Shown here piece by piece: positions 1 through 59,300 of a stretch of 64,000 bases of DNA; the stretch's first letter is position 1, and each line of letters starts with the position of its first letter. Below the pieces are notes generated by a model that was given only the letters and a program-made list of their open reading frames with translations, was not told where the DNA came from and searched no databases. The stretch spans positions 11,036,001 to 11,100,000 of the forward strand of contig CM120642.1 in the NCBI GenBank assembly GCA_051362555.1, in the 5' to 3' direction. Source of the stretch: Lingula anatina. Its lineage: Eukaryota; Animalia; Brachiopoda. A program made the translations under genes and the position numbers.

Positions 1-144
1 TTGAAAGCAAATACATTTGTTATTATAATTTAGATATTCTAGCTGACAGAGTGCTAGAAACAAAAAAAAAAAAAAAAAAAAAATTCACAACAAATGAAAT
101 AAGAGTACTGCAGTACAGGCAACATATCAATATCAAAGTTTTAC

Positions 145-490
145 CTTAGCATTTCCCACGACGAATGATGACAAATAAGGCCTGATAAATCTACATTTCT
201 AAAGATGCATTCAGTGATTGGTTATCCCACGTTGGTTATTTTATGGACGCACCTGCAGACAAACAAATTCTGTTAGCATTACATGTAGTTACATTTTTTC
301 CAGGGGCGGAGTCTACTGGTTATAATTGCTTGACCTAAATGGTGCAAGTAAAGGTGTGAACAATAAATATCGGAACTTTACTCTGAGTTGTAATTACTCA
401 AATGCACACAGAACGATTCGCAAATGAAAAAAAACTTCAGGTGAACACGGTAAACCCTTACCCTATTTAGTCCCTAGCTCGAAACCGGAA
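145..490 (-). other. Possible 5' exons of a divergent gene running off the left edge of the window
   Basis: On the - strand: acceptor tttgtttgtctgcag before ~252, and an exon ending ...GAA ATG CTA AG|gtaaaa at ~145. Candidate upstream donors lie near 461 (gtaagg) and 698 (gtgagt), with an ETS-like CCGGAA at 485-490. No protein homology is recognisable. Confidence 0.25.
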
Positions 491-758
491 ATTGGGGATT
501 AACTTTAGCACTATTCAGCAGAAAATAAGACAATCACAATAACCTTTTATTGACAACATAAAATATGAAAGATACCTAGTAGAAATAAAGAGATACAACA
601 AAAAGATTTTTTAGAGTATAAATTCTCTATTTTTTGGAATGTGGTCTAGAAAAATGCCAAGCAATGGTAAAATAAGCATTTTATGCTGAGCACTCACCTC
701 ATTGTGCGCCAATATTCAATCATTTTTCATCTCTGGACTACGACAAATAAGTACCAAA

Positions 759-2923
759 ATGGACGATAAAAAGGTAAAAATAAGAGTGATACGTCAAATT
801 AAGTAAATGATATATACTGTTAATTGATTTTCTGCTTCTAGATATCTTTCGATCAAAATCTCAACTTTGTTACTTGACTAAGGGCCTCTGAAAATATGTT
901 CCAACCAAATTCCAGACAAGTTGTGAGACGCTCCTGTCCGTCACGTGTGATGACAGTGTCCTTTTCTGCGCGTCTCATGAACTTAAGCTTGTGTATTATG
1001 AAAAAGGATTAAGTTTGTAAGCCACAAACAACAATAGAGATAATTGAGTTGCTAATTTTATTTTTATCAGGAGTGAACTTTATATTTAATTAGCTTTCAC
1101 TGAATGTGACACTGAAAGATACTGTACAGTGTATGTGGACTGACTCCTTATGTTTAGAAAGCAAATTTATATTTGCCATCTTTAAATTCACTATCCCTTA
1201 TGTTTTACATGTAGGTGAGTGGTGCTGAAGATGCTTACAGGGGTAGTAGACACAAATATTTCTGGAAAAAGAAAAAACACTATTGAATTAAGTTACAGTA
1301 ATAAGAATGTGACATTAGAAGTGATTTGCACATTGTTTAAAAGAATGCCCTTTTGCTTTGACTAAGTTTCATATCCATGCCAAGAGGAAGAGGGATTATT
1401 TGCAATTTTCTGATTTTCAGTGGTAAAACTCATGCATGTAATTATATGGATATTCCAGCTGTTGATACAAAAAAAAAAAAGTAAATAAAAGAGCTAACAT
1501 TGGATTTTTTATGCTTTACCTGATCTTAATGTGAAACAAAAGAATGAAAGTTCTTTTAAAAAGTCTTCCATGGCTATACTTGCATTAATTATGTAGAACT
1601 GAAATCTTATTTCGTCCCAATTTATCAAAATGGTGGTTTAACATGTATTTAGAGCTTATGCCTTCTGGCTTCAGAATCCTTTGTTGCCTAATGTCCTGCT
1701 ATTGTTGATTGTCAGGGAGTTGCCCGTTATAAATCTGTATACTACCTGAAATCTACTAGCCAGACTGGACAGAAACTGATGTTGAGTTCAAAAGGTTTAA
1801 TCAGACGTGAGCTTTATCCCAAGAATCACAGAACTCAGCTTTTTTATATGATCCCAGAGCAATTAAACCCCCAAAATTTACGTAAGGTGTTTGGTTCCAC
1901 AATAAATGTTCAGAGTCTTTTTTTTCTAAAAACCAGGCTCATGTCTGTTTAATAGCATATGCTGTTTTGAAAACATATTTATTATAATGGCATTTTCTTT
2001 TTTAATAACAGGAGAGCAAAAATAATGAAGATCTGCTGAATTTGAAAGTAACAGGCCAGGATGGATCTGTGGTGCATTTTAGGATAAAAAAGAACACAGC
2101 TTTAAAGAAACTTATGAATGCATATTGTACCAGAGCTGTGAGTATTTATTTTAAAAGGAGGGAATTTGTAATGCTTTATATTGTTAACCAATAATTTTTT
2201 CAGAATACATTGAGAGCAACAAGGGCTTTAATAGAGAAATGTTGTTTTTTTCCAAATTGCTTATAGGTAAAAAATTTAATTTATAAAGCATATTACTTTT
2301 GCTTCTTTGTCATATAATTAAGAGTCATAGAAATAAACTTAAAATTTCAGTTTAAAGTTTTCTATCAATATGATGAATCTATACTCTGTGGACTGAAAAA
2401 TACATTATAGTTTATAATTTCTCTTTTGAAATGTCCATTTGTAGAGGGCATTGCATTTATGTTTAACATAGACTTAACTTCTTTTATTCTTTATTTGTTA
2501 GGGCCTTAGGAAAGAGGCTGTCAGGTTCATGTTTGATGGCAGTCCAGTCAATGAAAATGACACTCCAAACATAGTAAGTACTTGTATCATTTTAAGGAGA
2601 TTGATCATGGGTTACAAGTCAGAAGTTTGAAAAAATCTGGTGGGGTGTGTGTGTGTGTTTGTGCGATGGAATGTACATGAAAGTTAATCACCCCCTAGCT
2701 CCTCTAAGAGGCGTGTCATTCAGTTAATCTGATCGCATTCAGCCAGTCCCTGCAGAGTTGGATTGATCTACATAGAACAATAGTTTCATTGGCAATGTAC
2801 CCTAAGAAATTAGGTGCGACCTATAACAAACATGATTAAAATAAGAACTTCTTTTGTCTATTTCAGTTAGCTATGGAAGAAGGAGATGCTATTGATGTAT
2901 TTCAGCAGCAGACAGGAGGTTAA
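759..2923 (+). CDS. SUMO3: Small ubiquitin-related modifier, SUMO2/3 (Smt3) type; 4 coding exons (759-773, 2012-2137, 2502-2573, 2867-2923), 89 aa
   Basis: Manual splice gives MDDKK|[42 protein letters not shown]|[24 protein letters not shown]|[18 protein letters not shown]. All introns are GT-AG, phase 0. LKVxGQDGSVVxF and DVFQQQTGG are SUMO2/3 hallmarks. Exon 1 (caaaATGg context) is the least certain. Confidence 0.93.
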
Positions 2924-3636
2924 CCCCACAGTGCAGAAGTGCTGGAAAAACACAACTGCTGCACCACTTGGGTGTAAAAGACATGTTTTATCTTTGCCAA
3001 ATAAGTAGAGCCAGTATTCCAGACTTTGTGGGACACTTTATGAGTGGTGAATTCCAAGGCTAATCTTTCTTGTAGTTATCATTTTATGGTTGAACCGTCC
3101 ATGGGCTCAGCTAAAATTTAAAAAAATAATAAGGTAATGGAAACAGGTGGACCATATTGATTGAGATTGTTCAGCAGAAAAGGCAGGCCCATTGTACAAA
3201 ATATATACTGTTTTAGTTAAAGGGAAGCCCTGTTTCATTGTATCATATCATTAAACTTTCACCTGTACATGCCTCATACATTTACAATAGTAACTTGTAA
3301 TTTTAGGATCAGATGATATGTTGAAATTTAAAAGACAACATAGTGAAATAGAATCCCATTTATAGAGGTAGTATAATTCACTATGCATTTGAAATTTTTA
3401 GTTTAACTTACCGCTTGATAATTTACTTTCAGTATGTAATCCCTTAAGGGTTACTAGTTTTTTCTAAAAAATGTACTTGTAAACTTACTTAGATATTTTT
3501 ACATTTTCCATATTATTGATCAAATTTCTGTAATGTGCAATTGACCTAATAAACGAGGAAAATTTGTTTTGAGGATAAATGACTTACCTTGCAGTTTCAG
3601 AAGTTGAAAAGGAGAGCATAATCTACCGTCCTTATA

Positions 3637-4008
3637 CAGGGTTCATACAGCCTTGAAAAGTGCTTGAATTTAGTCCTTGAATTTGGTTTGTGGTCTAGTG
3701 AAGTATTCCATCATTTTTTCTTGAATTTAGTCACTAAACAATTTGTCAAAAATGATTTCAAATCTTATCATTTTAAACTGAATGTAGACAATAATTGGGA
3801 GAAGGGGAGAAACCTCTATTTGGACACCTGATTTTATTCTTTTCATGTTTCAGCATTAATGTTTTGAAAGACAATTGTGAAATATTACTTGTCTTTTATC
3901 TTTGGTATGTACACTTATAAATGACAGTGCATTCTCATTTGCATTCAAAAAGCTCTTCTGAAGTACATGAAATTAAAACCTAGGAAGTCCGTGAATGTAT
4001 GAACCCTG
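3637..4008. mobile_element. Non-autonomous DNA transposon (MITE), ~372 bp, CAGGG termini (hAT-like)
   Basis: Perfect terminal inverted repeat CAGGGTTCATACA at 3637 and TGTATGAACCCTG ending at 4008. No coding capacity. No clear TSD, so the superfamily is uncertain. Confidence 0.65.
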
Positions 4009-4869
4009 TTAGAGCAGTAAAATGCTAGATTTTTCAATTGAATTTTATTACTAATATATTTATACTGCCATGTCATTTGGTTGAGGAGCTTTGAATTTTT
4101 GGGTCGGATGATATGTTGAAATTGAATTTTTTTTTGTCAATATAAAAATCAATCCCTCCCAATTCCCTAATTTTGACATAATGTGTAGGGTTACATGGCA
4201 TGCCTATTCGTATGATCCGTGGTATTTTTAAAATACATTTTAGAGTATATAAATTACATGTCAGGTTGCTTAATAGTTGGATAAGATGAGAAAAGGTCAA
4301 CAACTTGTATGTTAAGAGTAGAAAAATGTTTATTTATTTTTGATAGTTAACTGGTTATCACTGGTATTTTGTAAAATTTAACATGTTATTTATTAGAAAG
4401 ACTTTAAATACACCTTGCATTAATGAAAATGAATTTTGTAGATAGTTATCCCATTTCTCCTCTACCTAAAATTCTTATTTTATCCTACACTGGCTGAGCT
4501 TTCAGGTTTCACTGTATGTGGCTCCACTGGTGTTTAATACATCAGAAAGTTTAACTTGTTGTATTCAGGAAGAGGTAATTGAAATGCCAAAATAAATATG
4601 TGAACTATTAACTCTAAGATTGTGTTCACAGTTACATTTTACCAACTGTGTAGTCTTCAGACATTTTATTAAAATGAAACTATTTTGTACTGTTATATAC
4701 TGTAAGTGTCAGTTACATAAATCAAAAATGTCAAAAAGTTTTACAATATTAATCACAGTTGTGTGCTCCTTTATAGTTGAATTTTGTTAAACTTTCCTTA
4801 TTCCTTGTAAAAATTCTAGACAAAATCTGTAATGTTACATTTCCAGTGTTTATGTTCATTTGAAGGCAC

Positions 4870-4922
<53 letters not shown>
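4870..4922. repeat. (ATT)n microsatellite
   Basis: Pure tta/att run visible in the sequence. Confidence 0.95.
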
Positions 4923-5094
4923 TGGAAATTAACACTAAAGATACATTAAAGCGGTATGTAAAATGTTTTTTTGAAAAAATTGGCTAATGTTAAACATATC
5001 TCCAGGATATAAAACAACGCAAAAACTGTACAGTGCTAATAAACGTTTGAAATGGAAAGGCGCGTTGATAAGGGGAATTTTTTGTTATGATTGC

Positions 5095-5729
5095 CAGCAT
5101 TTGCGACGTCACTTATGAAAAATGAAACTGCAGTTATATTCTGAGTTTCTTTGAAAATTTAAAATAAATCTCCATGTTTATAATGAAAAAAATCATTTTT
5201 GTTTGCAAAGATGAATTTCCACGTCAATGTATCTGAATGGCATCAAAATGAAGGAAAACGAAAATAACGGGGAAATTCCGCAAAGGTGCTAAATTCCACG
5301 CCTTCACTCTTTTGCATTTAGAGGTTATTAAAGGTTTCATTTACGCCGAGCTGAGGTCCTGTTAGGGGCACAGGTTTGGGTTTGATGAAATATTAACGCG
5401 ATCGTTGAAGTACATGTACTTTAATTGAACTGCCGAATCATATTAATTCAGTTTAATTGACTTATTAATTAATTTTCTCGGACAGGAAAAAGACAGATGT
5501 ATTAGGAGAAAAGATCAACCTAAAAGGTGCCCTACCTTCCAATTTGAGGAAGTCGTCACAGGATCGATATGGAAGGAAGGTTGCGACTGACTGGTCGCAA
5601 TACGCTTTTCGGTGTTTTTAAATGATTGTGCAAAATCAAATTCCATTAGGGGCTGAATAGTGGATGCAAAATTAAGGTATAGTGCAGCCAAACATATTCT
5701 GAGAGAGAAATTGAAGGCAAGTGGCAAAT
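5095..5729 (+). promoter_or_regulatory. Probable MYCBP2 promoter/5' UTR region
   Basis: Locally CpG-richer stretch directly upstream of ATG 5730, with CRE-like half-sites (GACGTCA ~5105, CACGTCA ~5220). TSS not determinable. Confidence 0.35.
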
Positions 5730-53668
<47,939 letters not shown>

Positions 53669-54457
53669 ATCCAGAAGCCGAAGCCTAAATGAACTGGATG
53701 ATTTTACCAGCAGATACAAATATGACTTTTTGAATGTGAAGATGTGTTATAGTTCAAGCTTCTTCTTGATATTGGAATGAGGAACTATGAAAAACTAACA
53801 CATTGACATAAGAAACAGAAATGTTTAAAATTCTTACTTTGGAAAGACAAGATTTTAAATGATAATCCACATTTTTAAATTTGTCTTTACAACATATAGT
53901 CATTTTACTATATGGATACATATCCATGTGAAACTTCCTTCAGAAAAAGCTATGGTTTGTAAAACTGTGATCTAGATTTTTCAAACTTTTGTTGTTCCAT
54001 GCATCTGAATCATTTGAAAAATTATAAAATATATCGCAAAAAATAAAAAACGCATAGATGAAATAAATTGTGATTCCAAATGGGGTCAATATCATATCAG
54101 TGACTTTTAAAAGAATAAAATCATGAAAATATAATGTAGTCTCATAAAAATGAATTATAACTGAGCACAACGGCAGAAGAGAAAAAAACTTTAGAGTCTG
54201 AAAATTGACATGGAGATTAAATACCCCGTGTGTAGTTTAAAAAAACAGCATGACATATGTAAGCAATTGATAATGCTTGCAATACTGAGTTTTCACCACC
54301 TGTTCTATTGACACTGCTGTAAAATAAAGAGTAGCACACAAATTAAACAAGCATACCTGCATCAGTAGTATATCCAGAGTTGGACAAGACCTTTGTGTGA
54401 TATTATTTAGTGTTCTTATAATAGATTAAGTATTCTCTTTAACAACAATGAATTTTA

Positions 54458-54993
54458 TGTAAACTTAATCAATAAAGATGAAGAATATGATAGATATATG
54501 TGGCCTTAATGGGAATATATGTCACATGCCAGATCCCAATCCGGTCCAGGTACTAAATGGTCTGGGCCAGATCCCATAGTAAGCATGTAATTTACAGGTG
54601 AGCTGCCAGTTTGTTTGCATGTGATTGTATGTTATTGTAATGAAATTGTTTTGCCATAGTATACCCACAATTTAACTACTCGTATCATGCAAATAAATTA
54701 ATTGGCAGTGTTATGGTCTCTCCTCGCCATGCGAGGATTACTAGATGACCACCGATCGGTCTCTATGGCACACAGGTCGGCCCCTGGGTGTCTCGCCTTG
54801 TTGTGGGGTTGACTAATTAGTTTGATTTTATTTAATAATAATGATAATAATAATGGAGTCTCACTTTGTTGTTTGAAGTATGAATTTAATTTTATTATAT
54901 TTTTCAAAAAACATTTTGTAAAGTAAATTAATAAAGCTGAAGAATATGATAGATATATATGTGGCCTTGATGGGAAATATATGTCACAGGCCA
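54458..54993. repeat. Two ~75-bp direct repeats (54458-54531, 54917-54993), each containing AATAAA, downstream of MYCBP2
   Basis: tgtaaa..aataaagatgaagaatatgatagatatatgtggccttaatgggaatatatgtcacatgcca versus tgtaaa..aataaagctgaagaatatgatagatatatatgtggccttgatgggaaatatatgtcacaggcca. Confidence 0.88.
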
Positions 54994-56149
54994 TTCAATC
55001 GACTACCACCCTATAAATAGTATTAACACAATCTATTGGTAGAAAAAGCATTTTAGAAAACCCCACAGCATAACATCTTATCTTAAAAATACGTAAATAT
55101 TCCATTATGTGCAATTATTTGGTATTTTTGAGTACGAAAGTCGGCAGTAAAAGTGTCCAAACAATTAAACTTCTTATCTTTTGTGTGACTATAACTAGAT
55201 GCAGTCCAATATCGATCTATTAATCTTCTGGTTGCTGTCGTTTTTAGGCCTTGGCTAATATTACAGGTTTGGCAAGCGACAATGCATGTATATCGCTGTA
55301 AGAGAGAGGCTGTTTCCCTGCCACCAAGACAGTTTGACCAATAACATACTCAGTATAATAAAAAGCACTCACTGTTTGAAAAACTTTTTTATTTGAGTGT
55401 CCGTTACACCCCCTCGTACACCCACACACTAGTTAATATTATTTAAGTGGAATGTCCACCCCAGCAATTTTTAAATTTTAATACCCCTCATTTATTTATA
55501 GATACTGGCGTGGAGCAGGTCTGTGCTTGCTGAAACTACATGTACTTCTCATTTTATTTTGCATTATTAAGTAGCTTAAAGTTGTTTCCAGAAAAATGTA
55601 AAATCAGTACGTATAGCCTCTCTCTCAGTGAATCTTTAGCCCCTATCTCTTGTTAGCCCCGGTGCGCTCACTGTATTAGGGTGAAATCAATGTATAAAAT
55701 GATAAAATGTTTGCCATATTTCTTTAAAGAATTGGTGCGAAGGGCATGGGGACTGTTAACATTTGGATGATGATAACAAATGCATGTTTCTCAAAGTAGA
55801 AAAATCATCTGAAACAGAGATGTCAAAGTGACCAGTCGCATTTCGATGTACTCCATGCTATGGTCTTTATTTAAAAATAGCACTTTTTACTAGATTACAA
55901 ATTGCATCGTATTGTTTGGTTCCCTTGCCTCGCTTTCAAAAATTAGAACAGGCGCTCCAAAGTAAAAAAAAATATTGGCTAAGTTCACCCTCGCACAAGA
56001 ATGTCCTCGCAGCATTATCTGCAATTAACATTCCTACAATTTTGATTGTATTTTGCAATATCATTTTCAATCTGGTCCATGAAGAATTTTATTAATCAAG
56101 AGTGGGGGAGGGGTGAAAAATCCCCACTGGGGCCACAAATAAAACGTAT

Positions 56150-56327
56150 TTCGAACAGCGCACTTTTCGCGCATGCGCAGTTGCTTGAAGCCTGTGCTCC
56201 TTAACAACAAATGACCTATATTTAAAAGGCCCGTGACGGTCGGCACTACTTGCGTCCTATCATATGCTGATGACGTCAATGATACAAAAACAACATCGAT
56301 GTTTTCGCGGGAAATGTTCAGACTGTG
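56150..56327 (+). promoter_or_regulatory. Candidate promoter of the MULE-derived gene
   Basis: CpG-rich patch with an NRF1-type palindrome GCGCATGCGC (~56168-56178), a full CRE TGACGTCA (56271-56278) and an E2F-like TTTCGCGGGAAA (~56303-56314) just upstream of ATG 56328. Confidence 0.45.
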
Positions 56328-59300
56328 ATGGCAGTGACCGTGAGGAGTTTTAGCGATGCAATTGAACTTATTCGTAGACACGAGGAAGAGACAGCATTTC
56401 ATTATGTGAAAGACAAGCGAGACAAGAAAAGATTTGAATCTGGTAAGAGTTCATTTAAACGTAAACAACGCCGGATACATACATAAATGCAATAGACTAG
56501 TTTTCCCAGCAATGTCAAAAGTGGAGGAGGGGGGGGGGGTCTTTTTTTTTTTTTTTGATAAAGTGAATCTTTTTCTGTGAAACCTCCGTGTACCTAGATA
56601 AAATTATAATCAGAAGGGATCTTTTTTTATGGCAAAAATGTAATTTTGTTGTACATGTCCAAATACGCATATGAACATGAATTAACATTCACTCAGTGTA
56701 TAATATAACCTTGTAGAGCTTGGAAACATACATGTACAATCCATATAATCCCTTACCACAGCATGCCTGATGTTAATACTTAACTATTTATGTGATATAT
56801 TTGTTTATCTTTCAGAAATAAGCTTACATGGAGATGAAAAAATATTCTGGAATATTGCTGCTAAAAATGGTGATTTTTCAATCAAGTATGATGGAATTCC
56901 ATTTGTTTTCCTGGGCAAAAAGACCTTCCTGTGCCAAAATGGAAGAGATAAAGGAATATTCATGAAAAAAAGATGGAAAGAAAAAAAGGAAAAACTGATG
57001 GTAAAGAGCTAGTCATTCATTTGTTATTTTTGCTACATGTATACTATATTTCCTACTTTAATTTTAGTGAGAAAATATTTTATGCTGCTTCTTATTACGT
57101 TGTTCTTCTGCATTACACAGTATGTAGTTTATGATTTTTTTTTCAAATTTTTTTTAGAAAGAAGACCATGTTTTCATTAAAAACCGGTTCCTGCAGCAAC
57201 CCACAAAAAAGATGGGTTGTAAGGCAAGAATTGAGATTAAAAAAATTGCCAAGTTTCCAGATTTCAAGGTAAGTATACATCTAGTCATTCATTGTTTTAG
57301 GATGATTTCTGTTCAGTTAATTGTTATAGTTTTGTTATGCATTCATATGCTTAATGCAACTGTACATGTACTCTTGCACTTTATTTTAGATCCTATTATT
57401 TAAAGCCAAAGGAAATTATAATGATGCTTTTGATTTTCTATTTGTTTCACTATGTAGTGTAAGCTGTGCAATTGTTATTGAGTTCTTGTACAAGTACACT
57501 ATAAATAATAAGTATTAAATGTATAAATGATTGCCTATTTAATGACTATATTGTAGGTGTCAACCAATTCTAGAGGAGCCAAGGAAGGGGCTTTGAAAAT
57601 GTTGAAAAAAGCTCTTCAAATGAAGTCATCTCTGGCCGTAGATGTTCAGTACTTAATATATATACCATCCAAAGAGGAACACCAATACCACTTAACTGGG
57701 GAGGTAATAAGTATTACAAATTTTTAAATTGGATGGATAGTTAATACCAGCAGGTAGATACATATAGCTAAACTGCACATACCATTAGAAAGACAAATAC
57801 TACCATCCAAAATGTAGCAGAGAATTTTCATAGTATGGCCTGGAGTAGAGTGCAATACATGCATGTACAAGATGATGTGATTTGCTATATGATACTTTTC
57901 ATTCCAAATGTTTACATCTGTTGTCTAGATGGGTGGCTACAGTGAACCTGTAGATCCAATGGTGAGGAGCAAGGTCTTGGAGCTCCTTGAAAATGGTCTC
58001 AGGAGCAGACGGGAACTTGAGGCCTGTGTTAGGGAGTATGTTGTTAACCAGATGTTTCAAGGAAAGGAACCACCTCCAAAAAGTAGAAGAAGGTATGATT
58101 ATTTACCTATATAACCTCAGAAAATAAATTAATTTTTTCTTTTATGTTTTAGAAATTTAGGGACATACCTATCCTTAGGTACAACATTAACTGACTAGCA
58201 GATTTTTAACTGGTACTAAGTGAACTTTATAGGGCCACATACTGTTACATAAAATAACTTTGAAATAATTTTTCTCTCTCTCCCCTTTTTGTCACAAGTC
58301 TGCTCATATACTATTTAATATTTACCTAGCATCTTCACCGTGCTGTTCATTTTATTTACGGATAGCAATTACCAGTTTTGCTGTTCATCTTATTTACAGA
58401 TATTTCCCTCATGCAGTAGATTTTGCTAACCTCATCACCAAATATAAACTACAGAAGAGATTTTCAAAAATAGACCAGGTGAATGTGGAGAAAATGCTGC
58501 AAGAGGTCCCATCTGAGTATCTTTGTTTTTTTCGTGGGTGTTCATCAACGGTTGAAGATATACCCAGTTCCGTGAAAGAGGACACCTTGGATGATGACCC
58601 TGTCGTGGATATGGAAGAACTGTCAGATGTCAGGGAATGCAAGATGCCTGGAAATAAACTCCTGTTTGTTTATCAGGTACTGAATTTTACCTTGTGGATG
58701 GAATGGGTGGCATATGTCTTTTAGTACATGCTAACTTGTTGATTTAAATATTCATTACATGTGTTACATTCATTTAATCCATTAATGCTTTTATACTATT
58801 TTTTATGTATGTATGATACTAACAAATGTTTAAGATTATGAATTGGTATACTTATACATTAGTAAAGCATAAGTTATTTCTCCTCAGACACCTGAAATGC
58901 AGAGGCTGTACAGAATATATGGACAGACACTTCTGTTAGATGCAACATACAGAACTTGTAGATATGCCTTGCCATTATTTTTTCTTGTAGTCCGCACCAA
59001 TGTGGATTATCAGGTATGGATGTATTTTAAAGTAAGAATTTCATTCAAAACATTTTGTAGTGATATATAAATAGTAAAAAGATGGACATTTGGAATTTAT
59101 AGACTTGCAGAGTTCCTGGTGATGGCAATTTCCGTTCTTGTCGCATGTTTCTCTTACATGTATATCTGGATAAGTTTCTCCATACATTCATGATTGGTGA
59201 TGTCTTTTCCTGATCAATTTCTTTTCATTTTTGATGCAATTTGGTGAATCATTTTCATGTGGCCTTGTGCCAAAAAGGTGGCTAGACATTTCATTTTTTA

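Noticed and set aside
3299-4113. ~30-bp direct repeat (gatgatatgttgaaatt at ~3312 and ~4107) as snoRNA boxes or LTRs
   Set aside because: No canonical C/D pair or TG..CA termini; probably a short local duplication.
54700-54825. HDV-like, twister or hammerhead ribozyme
   Set aside because: Fragments resemble ribozyme pieces (GGCCCCT-GG..CTAA; TAACACTGCCAAT on the - strand), but the needed pairing partners and cores could not be completed by eye.
55443-55470. Possible left terminus of the MULE element (ttaagtggaatgtccacccc)
   Set aside because: No inverted partner found between the stop codon and the window end, so element boundaries cannot be set.
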